Positions 17,385 through 25,157 of a DNA stretch of 57,479 nt are shown in pieces. Position 1 is the stretch's first letter. Each line of letters opens with the position of its first letter. A model generated the notes under the pieces. It ran no database searches and was not told the origin of the DNA. It saw only the letters and a list, made by a program, of their open reading frames with translations. Made by a program: the position numbers and the translations under genes. The DNA is from an uncultured Myxococcota bacterium (lineage in GTDB: Bacteria > Myxococcota_A > UBA796), in NCBI GenBank assembly GCA_965661045.1, contig CBFICN010000003.1, positions 1 to 57,479 on the forward strand, read 5' to 3'.

Positions 17385-19210
17385 AACCATCGCTACCATT
17401 CAACGCACCCAACTCCTACGCGCCGTTTATTTGCTGTGTATTCTCATCCTTGTTGATTGGTGGACTGCGGCTGGGACCCGTGTTGTGGAACCCCAGTGAC
17501 TATTTGATTGGTGGATGGGGGCATCCAGACAACATCGGCAATCACTGGTTGTTGGTGTGGGTGGCCGAAAGACTGTGGTCAGGGGAGTCATTGATTCACA
17601 ATGCTGAATATTATGTGCCGATTGGTGATCATCCTTGGTTGGCTGGGAATGGTACAGAAGGATTGTTGTATGCCCTGTTTCATCCTTGGTTGGGATGGCC
17701 GACGGCGGTGGTGCCACTGGTGTTGTTGTATTTTGTGGGAATGGGACTCGGAGGGTATGGCCTTGGGCGCGTGCTGTCATTGGGAAGGTGGGCTTCGTTG
17801 ATTCCGAGCATGGTCATTGTGTCTTCCGGATTTTGGACACGAGAGATCAACGCTGGACGATTTTCCCAACTGGATGGTGTGTGGCTTATTGCGTCTTTGG
17901 CTTTGTTTGTAGGACTGTTCACAGGAGAGCGTCGCAAAGGCTGGGCTACTTTGTGTGGTGTCACGGTTGGGTTGACTGGCATTTTTTATTGGTATTATGC
18001 CTATTTCTTTGTGTTGGCAGCACTGGTGTATTCGGGTGTGGCAGTTTTGTTGAAACCAGACACGATTTCCAAACCACGATTGCTCAACATTGGACTGGCG
18101 ATGCTGACTTCTTGGGTGGTGATCGCCCCTGTTGCTTGGGTGTACTGGCAACATTGGGGGTTGGTACCAGGGGTGGAGGAAGTCAAATTTCCATCCGCCG
18201 ATGCATTTTCCGACGCATTGACGTGGTCTGGTTCATGGCTTGTACCCTATGGACGAACAGCCGGTGCAGTACAGTCTATTCCCACTTTGGCACTGGCAAT
18301 TTTTGGGTGTGTGTCCGTAATTCGTCACCGAAATTCACCGACCACGCGCTTTGCTTTATTGAGTACGGTGTCCCTTTGTGGACTGTTTGGGTTATTGGCT
18401 TTTGGACCCAAGACGCCCCTCTTTGAATGGGTGTATGGCTGGTCGGTTCCTGTACGTCGGTTTTGGTGGCCCTCCCGTCATTTGTTGCTTTGGACTGTTG
18501 GGTGGGGTGTGCTGGCTGGTTTGGGTGGACGTGCGTTGCTTAGTACACTGTCGATGCGTTGGAGACCCCTGGCGGCAATTGTCTTGGCTTTGAGTGTCCC
18601 TGGTTCTCTTTGGGTACAGGGGGATCGACCTTTTCATGCCAACCACACACCCATTGAACATCCAGTGTCTGCCTATCAACCATTGACGACGTTGGAAGGG
18701 GAGGGGCTGTGGATGCACCCACTCAACCCCGCAGTTGCCAATACGCAGTTGCCGTTGTTGTTGCAACTGACCCACGGTAAGAAGTTGTTGAACGGTCACG
18801 GTATGTGGGTGGATAGGGTGCGACCGACCGAGTGGGATGAGTTTGTGGATGGCAATGCACTGTTGAAGGGCTTGTCCGAGTACGAGTTGGGCGCCCAAAA
18901 TCCGACGTTGAATATTTCTGCGTCTGACATCGATCAACTTGTGCAAACTGAACTGGAGTTGATCGTCTTGGATTCCAAACTCATACCGAGGCCACTGATG
19001 GGGTTGGTACCCAACTTAGCCAAGATTTACGGTCAATTGTTTGGAGAACCTGTATTGAGGGGAGAGCAATTGCGCGTGTGGTCCGTCGCCAATTGGACTG
19101 GAGTTACAGTGATTGCCTTGCCGAGTTGGACGTTGCCCAGTGGCATGGATTTGGGGAATGGGCGTCATCGGATGCCCGATCCCGTAGTTGGTCGTGGGGT
19201 GACACCATGA
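17375..19210 (+). CDS. Large polytopic membrane protein, GT-C-like (function unknown)
   Basis: 611 aa. About 12 TM segments followed by a roughly 200-aa soluble domain. Overlaps the upstream gene by 10 nt and the downstream gene by ATGA. Confidence 0.55.
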   Translation: MSIEPSLPFNAPNSYAPFICCVFSSLLIGGLRLGPVLWNPSDYLIGGWGHPDNIGNHWLLVWVAERLWSGESLIHNAEYYVPIGDHPWLAGNGTEGLLYALFHPWLGWPTAVVPLVLLYFVGMGLGGYGLGRVLSLGRWASLIPSMVIVSSGFWTREINAGRFSQLDGVWLIASLALFVGLFTGERRKGWATLCGVTVGLTGIFYWYYAYFFVLAALVYSGVAVLLKPDTISKPRLLNIGLAMLTSWVVIAPVAWVYWQHWGLVPGVEEVKFPSADAFSDALTWSGSWLVPYGRTAGAVQSIPTLALAIFGCVSVIRHRNSPTTRFALLSTVSLCGLFGLLAFGPKTPLFEWVYGWSVPVRRFWWPSRHLLLWTVGWGVLAGLGGRALLSTLSMRWRPLAAIVLALSVPGSLWVQGDRPFHANHTPIEHPVSAYQPLTTLEGEGLWMHPLNPAVANTQLPLLLQLTHGKKLLNGHGMWVDRVRPTEWDEFVDGNALLKGLSEYELGAQNPTLNISASDIDQLVQTELELIVLDSKLIPRPLMGLVPNLAKIYGQLFGEPVLRGEQLRVWSVANWTGVTVIALPSWTLPSGMDLGNGRHRMPDPVVGRGVTP

Positions 19211-20604
19211 GAGTATCTTCTGTTGCACTGATGCTCTTGTGTCTGGTGTGTTTGTGGCCCTATTCTCAAGGTGGCTTGGTGTGGGATGATCACATATTGC
19301 TAACCGAAGGGGTGTGGCAAATCGATAGTGTGTGGAGTATTTGGACACAATCGGTGCAAGGTGGGGAAATCGCCACCCAGTATTATCGACCAATACCGAT
19401 GACCCTGTTTGCACTGGTACCGAAGGTTCAACTGTTGCACTGGATTGCATTGATCACACATTTGGGGTCAACGCTCTTGTTGGGTTGCTGGTTGCACAAA
19501 AACTTTGACGATGCTGTAGTGCTAGCGGGAATGGCATTGTTTGCTCTACACCCCATTCAAACTGAGGTGTTGGGTTGGGTCAGTTGTTTGCCAGACATCT
19601 TGGCGCTTCATTTTGCACTTTGGACGGTCTATGGTTTGTGCAATCAATGGTCTCCTTGGTGGATTGGTCTGAGTTTCTGTTGTGGTTTGCTATCCAAAGA
19701 AGTCGCCCTCATTCCAATATTGGTGTACACCATCGACTGGCTGTGGACGAGGCGTCAACAAGGAGACCCTTTCGTTTTTCCAAAATGGGGATATTCCATT
19801 GGGAGTGCGTTGATTGTCGTTTTGGGGCTACGGATGATCATGCAGGTGCACACCGTGTGGCCTCATAGTTTCGACTCTGTTCCTCGGACGACGTTCTTCA
19901 CCCTTGGCATGGGGTGGTTTAGTTGGTTGAACCCCTTTCCACATTATCCGGTTCGAGATGTGTGGGTGCTGCCTCTTTGGTCTGTCTTGATAGGGTGGGC
20001 ATGGTGTGCTTGGATGCTGTGGAGGGGAGAGAGCGTTGTTGGGTGGCTCATCGCAATGGGTGCCTTGATCATCAGTTTACCACCTGTGTGGGTGGGCTAC
20101 TTTGCGGCCGAGCGCTATTTGTACATGGCGAGCGTTGGATTTGTTTGGTTGAGTTGTAGTGTGCTTTCACAAGTTGGGATTTCGAGGAGCATCATGCAGG
20201 GACTGCTGCTGATTTGGGTTCTATCGACGGGGTTGATTCACTGGGATCGAGCCAGCATTTGGTCCAGCGACAAGGCACTGTTCTCTGAGGCTGTTCGGGT
20301 GTTGCCAAAATCTGGGTATGCCTGGCACCTTCAAGGCTTACACCGGATACGAATTGGTCAGTTTGAATCGGCATTTCATTCTTTTACAGAAGCGAGTCAA
20401 CAGGCGCACACCCACCATCAAAGTCGTGAGTTTGCCATTCGCAGTGCATTGGAGTCTGGGTTGTCTGAACAGGCTTTTGAATTGGCAGAAACGGGACCCC
20501 AGATCGGTTTGTCAAAGGGGTATTTGGAAGCGTGGTTGCAGGCAGCCGATGCAGTGGGGAATACACAACGCAGTCAGGAATTGAGACAGATCTTGGCGGA
20601 CTAA
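19207..20604 (+). CDS. PMT_2/TMTC-like GT-C glycosyltransferase with C-terminal TPR-like repeats
   Basis: ATG 19207 overlaps TGA 19208..19210. N-terminal GGLVWDDHILL motif is typical of bacterial TMTC/DUF1736-type O-mannosyltransferases. Polytopic, with a helical-repeat C-terminus (AWHLQGLHRIRIGQFESAFHSFTEA...). Confidence 0.6.
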   Translation: MRVSSVALMLLCLVCLWPYSQGGLVWDDHILLTEGVWQIDSVWSIWTQSVQGGEIATQYYRPIPMTLFALVPKVQLLHWIALITHLGSTLLLGCWLHKNFDDAVVLAGMALFALHPIQTEVLGWVSCLPDILALHFALWTVYGLCNQWSPWWIGLSFCCGLLSKEVALIPILVYTIDWLWTRRQQGDPFVFPKWGYSIGSALIVVLGLRMIMQVHTVWPHSFDSVPRTTFFTLGMGWFSWLNPFPHYPVRDVWVLPLWSVLIGWAWCAWMLWRGESVVGWLIAMGALIISLPPVWVGYFAAERYLYMASVGFVWLSCSVLSQVGISRSIMQGLLLIWVLSTGLIHWDRASIWSSDKALFSEAVRVLPKSGYAWHLQGLHRIRIGQFESAFHSFTEASQQAHTHHQSREFAIRSALESGLSEQAFELAETGPQIGLSKGYLEAWLQAADAVGNTQRSQELRQILAD

Positions 20605-20667
20605 GTGGCTTTGCCTGTATTGTATGTGTGATACAGTGTATTTGGATGCATCATGCAAGGAGAAGAT

Positions 20668-21171
20668 ATGTCGATGATTGTCCTGTTGTGGATGTTGGGG
20701 TGTATGGAGAAATCCACCGATACTGCGGAATCCAAAAACGCAGTACAGATAGACAACCCTTGCGAAGGAATCACAGAGACATATGAAGTTCTATATGAAG
20801 GGCGGGCTTCCCTGGGCGAACCCATTGGTACAGCCGGTTTGACCATCGATAGCCAAGAAGACTGGGATGCCTTTGTTGCAGGGTTCTATTTTGGGACAGA
20901 AGAAGACGCCTTCTCCAGAGACGTATTTGATTGGACTGTTGAACAGGTTGCCGTGGCTTCGATCTTTTCCGGGTCCACTTGTGGAATAAATTTGTTGGAA
21001 ACCGGTGCTTGCAGTGTTGACGGTCAAAGTGTGGTCCATGTACACGCTGAAGATTCGTCCAGTAATTGTGAAGTTGTGTGTGATGCTGAAGGTCAACAAG
21101 TGTACATTGTAGTCGTCCCTTCGGGGGGTGAGCCTGAGTATTCACTTCAACTATCGAGTGGCTGTGAATAA
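20668..21171 (+). CDS. Hypothetical lipoprotein
   Basis: ATG 20668 after AAGGAGAAG. Lipobox LLWMLGC. 167 aa with several Cys. Confidence 0.55.
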   Translation: MSMIVLLWMLGCMEKSTDTAESKNAVQIDNPCEGITETYEVLYEGRASLGEPIGTAGLTIDSQEDWDAFVAGFYFGTEEDAFSRDVFDWTVEQVAVASIFSGSTCGINLLETGACSVDGQSVVHVHAEDSSSNCEVVCDAEGQQVYIVVVPSGGEPEYSLQLSSGCE

Positions 21172-21218
21172 CCGAGATTTTGTATTAACTTATTTTCTGA
21201 GCGATTAGAGAGTCATAA

Positions 21219-21827
21219 ATGGAACTGTCTGCATGGCTGTCAATCGCTTCAATTTGTGCAATGGGGGCAATGTCCCCAGGCCCAAGTTTGGCTGTGGTCA
21301 TTCGCAATACCATCGCCGGAGGGCGTGTACAGGGAGCGTTGACCGGTATTGGACATGCACTGGGAATTGGGTTGTATGCATTGGTGGCTGTGGTCGGCAT
21401 GTCGTTTGTACTACAACAGGTTCCACAAGCAATGTTGTTCGTAGAGGTTTTGGGTGGCGCATACTTGATTTGGATGGGGAGCAAAGCCATTCAGCATGCC
21501 GGTGAAGGAAACATGAAATCGGATGAAAGCATGCTTCATCGAGGGTTTATCGACGGATTGGCCATTTCGGGACTCAATCCGAAAACTGCTGTGTTCTTTC
21601 TAGCACTGTTGGGGCCCTTGATTCCGCCCGAAGCCAGTAATATGGAGCGCACTGGAGTTGCTGGGTTGGCGTTGACGATCGATGCCTGTTGGTATGTGTT
21701 TGTTGCGATGATGCTTGTGCAAACAGGGGCAGTGGAGTGGTTGGCTAAGCAAGGACAGTGGGTCGACCGTTCGCTTGGATTGTTGTTAATTTTTGTGGGG
21801 CTTTGGTTGTGGATTGGACTGGTGTGA
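21219..21827 (+). CDS. LysE/RhtB-family amino-acid exporter
   Basis: 202 aa, 6 TM. N-terminal SPGPSLAVVI and NPKTAVFFLAL motifs are typical of the LysE family. Confidence 0.8.
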   Translation: MELSAWLSIASICAMGAMSPGPSLAVVIRNTIAGGRVQGALTGIGHALGIGLYALVAVVGMSFVLQQVPQAMLFVEVLGGAYLIWMGSKAIQHAGEGNMKSDESMLHRGFIDGLAISGLNPKTAVFFLALLGPLIPPEASNMERTGVAGLALTIDACWYVFVAMMLVQTGAVEWLAKQGQWVDRSLGLLLIFVGLWLWIGLV

Positions 21828-21848
21828 GAGCCTCTCCGCCGTTCATGA

Positions 21849-23867
21849 TTACCGCGACAATATGTGTGTCTGTTGGTTGTTTCGTGCTCTTCTTCGGTAA
21901 AATGAGTCCATGTACAAGATGTGTGGAAAAGTGATACAGGACCCCGCAATGATGATCCATCCTAAATGAAAGGGCTGTAGAGAGAGTGTCAGTACAAAGA
22001 TTGCACAAAAGAGAAATGCCCCAATCGTCAACGGCAATGCTTCTTGCCACATGGATCGATCAGATAGGGTGATGGCTTCTTTGAGGTGGGTCCACGCTTC
22101 CAAACTGTGTTGCCCAATAAAGTATAGACCGAATGCCATAGGGAGTGGCAACCATGCCGATGCCCACAAAGAGATCGTGGACAAGAACAACTGCACTGAA
22201 CGTGTTTTGAATAGCAAACCCACTTGTAGGAATGCCATGGACAACAACCAGCCAATGGAATTCTGCAGTGGTAGGCTAGAGTGTACCGACAGCAGTTCAA
22301 CAACAATCTGACTGTCTTCAGGATGAGACAGGATGATCCATCCCAACACCGATAGTCCCCATAGAAAAATAGACACTGTATGCTCCGGCAGTTTCCAATG
22401 CTGAAAGTCCGTTTGGCCAAAATGCCAAGCTGAGGTGAGTACAAATACCCCCAAACCAACAGTTGGACTGAGTAGCCACAGTACTGCCATACTTGCAATT
22501 AAACCCCAATAGCGCATGTGAAATGACCCATTCCATCTGGAGACACCTTGTTCGCCAACGGTATGATAATCCAAAGCTCCATGGGGTATGCCAATCGCCA
22601 GCATACCAAGTCCCAACAACACCCAGCCAGCATAGCCAGTATAAATGGGAAACAGTTGGTATAGGACGATCAATACACTCGTTGTCATCAGCAATAGGAT
22701 TGAGGGAGTAAAAAGACGTCTTTGAATTAGAGCCTGTAAAAAAGGTGTCCAAGGCAATCCAGCAAAAATTTCGATCTCTTCCCAAATACTTGTCTGTTGT
22801 CGAAGAAATTTGAGAACTCTGGCAAGCTGTTGGCTTCGAAAAAGTTCTTTAAAGATGTCCTTGCCCAAGTGTGGTTTTGTCATCAAAATGTGAATGAGTA
22901 GATCGTCGTAAAATGTGAATCGTGGCTGGGGGGTAATTGTGGGTTGTCGATCTAGATCCATACAAATTTCTGTTGCGTGTTCGTACATGGTTTCAAACGC
23001 GTAGCCCGTACTGGGTTTGACGGCACCAGCGCGAGATCCAATAGACAGACAATTGGGTAGAGAGGATGGAGTACTCGAATGGATTGACATTGAGATGATG
23101 CCCCGTTCTGTGTTCAGAACCGTAAATGAACCCCATTTTTTCTGTATGTAGTGTTCGAGGTGTTGCTCAGCTCTTTTGGTCTCGATGGGAGCAATTCCAA
23201 ATCGAGTGCACTCAACCAAAGCACGCGTTGAACTTTCCGGAAGAATGTACATAAATTGTGTGGCATCATCCTGTGGAATATCAAAATCCATCAGGGTCAA
23301 AGTGTCCTCTTGGATGTTGGGTTCTGAAAGTTCGATAAAGAATCCAACGAAGGATTGAAGCAACCCTCTTGAAGAATTTGTTGAAGAGGCAAGGGGACGG
23401 CCATCAAAAACTTGTTGGCTGATGATGGTTGTATTGGCAGTATCAATGCGCAAAGACTTGGAGCCTTCTATTGCATCAATCTTTTCTACACTGTCTCGAA
23501 GGATTTGAATGCCATGTTGTCTACACAATCGAGTTGTGGAATCAAACAGTTTTTGACTCTCAATTTGGTAATATTGATTGGGGGCAATGCATTGTTTTGG
23601 AAGTGGAGGTACTTCGGCAAATTTCCAGTGCCGTTGTATGACATCTTGATGCTCCAAGACAATGGGATCGGTCGGAGATGCCCAAAAACACAATGTTTTG
23701 GGTGTGTGTTTGTGTGTTGGCTCCACAATTAATATAGAGTACTGGCTCAAGATCCCACGTCGTTCGAACGCTCGTAGAATCAAGCAAGCTGCGATGCCCA
23801 ATCCACAAAATACAAAATCGTACTCCGGAAGCAAGTCCTGATGAGATGTGGCCTTCGAGGTTGACAT
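21849..23867 (-). CDS. Fusion protein: lycopene beta-cyclase (CrtY/CrtL-type, N-terminal) + beta-carotene 15,15'-dioxygenase (Brp/Blh-type, C-terminal)
   Basis: N-terminal part (about 22712..23867): FAD fold YDFVFCGLGIAAC, FMYILPESSTRALVECTRF, GSRAGAVKPSTGYAF. C-terminal part (about 21852..22711): 7-TM Blh with GIPHGALDY, SAWHFGQTDF, YFIGQHSLEAW. One uninterrupted frame. I prefer the ATG 23867 start because the GTG at 23909 lies inside the upstream terminator stem. Confidence 0.85.
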   Translation of the reverse strand: MSTSKATSHQDLLPEYDFVFCGLGIAACLILRAFERRGILSQYSILIVEPTHKHTPKTLCFWASPTDPIVLEHQDVIQRHWKFAEVPPLPKQCIAPNQYYQIESQKLFDSTTRLCRQHGIQILRDSVEKIDAIEGSKSLRIDTANTTIISQQVFDGRPLASSTNSSRGLLQSFVGFFIELSEPNIQEDTLTLMDFDIPQDDATQFMYILPESSTRALVECTRFGIAPIETKRAEQHLEHYIQKKWGSFTVLNTERGIISMSIHSSTPSSLPNCLSIGSRAGAVKPSTGYAFETMYEHATEICMDLDRQPTITPQPRFTFYDDLLIHILMTKPHLGKDIFKELFRSQQLARVLKFLRQQTSIWEEIEIFAGLPWTPFLQALIQRRLFTPSILLLMTTSVLIVLYQLFPIYTGYAGWVLLGLGMLAIGIPHGALDYHTVGEQGVSRWNGSFHMRYWGLIASMAVLWLLSPTVGLGVFVLTSAWHFGQTDFQHWKLPEHTVSIFLWGLSVLGWIILSHPEDSQIVVELLSVHSSLPLQNSIGWLLSMAFLQVGLLFKTRSVQLFLSTISLWASAWLPLPMAFGLYFIGQHSLEAWTHLKEAITLSDRSMWQEALPLTIGAFLFCAIFVLTLSLQPFHLGWIIIAGSCITFPHILYMDSFYRRRARNNQQTHILSR

Positions 23868-23892
23868 GGAAGTCCATTGCTGAGTGACGTTG

Positions 23893-23927
23893 AGAAAAAA
23901 GAAAACCACCCCAAATGGAGTGGTTTT
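23893..23927 (-). terminator. Rho-independent terminator between the rhodopsin gene and the crtY-blh fusion
   Basis: Minus-strand RNA AAAACCACUCC-AUUU-GGGGUGGUUUU, an 11-bp stem including one G.U with a 4-nt loop, followed by CUUUUUUCU. It starts 18 nt after the rhodopsin TAA. Confidence 0.8.
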
Positions 23928-23945
23928 GTGAAGAACGAGTTCAGA

Positions 23946-24680
23946 TTATGCTGCTTGTTGTGCGCGAATCTTTTCACTCTCTGCTTTGGCAACGCTGTAT
24001 ACTACGAGACCGAATCCAATCTTGTTGATTGCGTCTGCAATGTTGTATACGATGTTCATTTCAAACATACCGGCCATCCAGTTGTCTGGCATAGTCATGT
24101 AACCAATCGGGTAGATAGACCATCCCAATGTGATGAAGATACCCAACAAGAACATGGCTTGCTTCAACTCAGGAGAGTCACTGGACTGAGAAAGTTTGCG
24201 TACGTCGCCAGCGAATACTTCGTATACGATGTAGGCGTAACCGATTGTTGAAATGAATCCCCAAAGGACAGAGCCACCACCGAGGATTGCAGCTTCACCA
24301 ATGTATCCGGTGACCAACATCCAAACAGAAGCAACGATCAACTTGAAGAGTGTGCTGCCTTTCGCGCCGAATGGTTTTGTGAGAAGATAGAATTCAACAC
24401 ACATCAATGGTACAGTCAAAATCCAGTCGATGTAACGGAATGCTGTGGGAGAAGTTCCAGTTTGAATCCAGAAGTCACGCATGTAGTAGTAGTGCACGCA
24501 TGCAATTCCAGTAATCAACGCAGATACAGTCAATGACAGACGCCACTTACCTTCTACAGAGTTGCGCTCCAGCAAAAAGAATGCTGTTGCAGCCATCATG
24601 GCCATTGTGCCGATGAAAAATGTGAAACCAGTGTAATCTTCTGTTCCAAGATTGCTGGCAGCCAGTAATAAGTTGTTCAT
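23946..24680 (-). CDS. Proteorhodopsin/xanthorhodopsin-type light-driven proton pump
   Basis: 244 aa, 7 TM. RYIDWILTVPLMCVEF gives the D-T-E motif (codons 24426..24428, 24414..24416, 24393..24395). His in CVHYYYM. Schiff-base Lys in YNIADAINKIGFG (24021..24023). GGAG RBS 7 nt upstream. Confidence 0.95.
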   Translation of the reverse strand: MNNLLLAASNLGTEDYTGFTFFIGTMAMMAATAFFLLERNSVEGKWRLSLTVSALITGIACVHYYYMRDFWIQTGTSPTAFRYIDWILTVPLMCVEFYLLTKPFGAKGSTLFKLIVASVWMLVTGYIGEAAILGGGSVLWGFISTIGYAYIVYEVFAGDVRKLSQSSDSPELKQAMFLLGIFITLGWSIYPIGYMTMPDNWMAGMFEMNIVYNIADAINKIGFGLVVYSVAKAESEKIRAQQAA

Positions 24681-24710
24681 GGTTTACTCCAATTTGAACC
24701 TGTTCATTAT

Positions 24711-24735
24711 CTATTCAAAAACGACTTTTGAATAG
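24711..24735. promoter_or_regulatory. Perfect 10-bp inverted repeat CTATTCAAAA-N5-TTTTGAATAG (candidate operator or 5'-UTR hairpin of the rhodopsin mRNA)
   Basis: Read directly from sequence, 31-55 nt upstream of the rhodopsin ATG. The half-site-like CTATTCAA recurs at 24826..24833. Confidence 0.5.
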
Positions 24736-24791
24736 TTAATTGTACAATATTGATTCTCATTGACCATATTTTAAAGAAGTATACAGCCAAA

Positions 24792-24823
24792 TTTCTGCAT
24801 TATTTGAATTTTAGATGCAGAAA
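24792..24823. promoter_or_regulatory. Perfect 9-bp inverted repeat TTTCTGCAT-N14-ATGCAGAAA
   Basis: Read directly from sequence in the divergent control region. Confidence 0.4.
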
Positions 24824-25157
24824 ACCTATTCAATGTATTCTGATGATGTGTTGGTATGTACGTATTTTTGGGATGATTGTACGTAAAGTATTAAACTCAC
24901 AAACTTGTTTTGTTGTATAAAGTTAATATATGCAAAATAATGCACTAATTTTTGAAAGAGTACGTTTAATCAGAAAAATGATCCATCATTTTATACTAGA
25001 CTTTAAATCAATACTGGGTCATCCTAATTTCTCTGCTGTGTTCGTCTCTGTCCCAAAAAAGACTATAAGACAATATAATGCCTATTCACTTTTCAAAATT
25101 GCAGTATGTATCATCTGGTTCAAGAAAAGAACTGAGCGATATGTTGGGAGAGCATCG

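Larger units (their letters stand above)
24681..25157. promoter_or_regulatory. 477-nt AT-rich divergent control region between the rhodopsin and glycosyltransferase genes
   Basis: Longest non-coding stretch in the window and markedly AT-rich. Contains two perfect inverted repeats, an 8-bp direct repeat TGTACGTA (24857..24864 and 24878..24885), and a TACAAT -10-like hexamer on the minus strand (24739..24744) just upstream of IR1. Confidence 0.6.

Noticed and set aside
17635-18426. 263-aa same-strand alternative-frame ORF inside the 611-aa membrane protein gene
   Set aside because: It is Cys/Trp/Gly-rich and out of frame, with no RBS. The main frame gives coherent TM helices.
23868-23909. ORF-track start (GTG 23909) of the CrtY-Blh ORF
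   Set aside because: The extra 14 codons overlap the terminator stem-loop of the rhodopsin gene. The in-frame ATG at 23867 precedes the FAD-binding fold at a normal distance.
24930-25157. 76-codon N-terminal extension of the glycosyltransferase ORF
   Set aside because: It has very AT-rich, non-coding-like composition. The GT2 fold needs only the TM helix that starts at ATG 25158, which has a GGGAGAG RBS.
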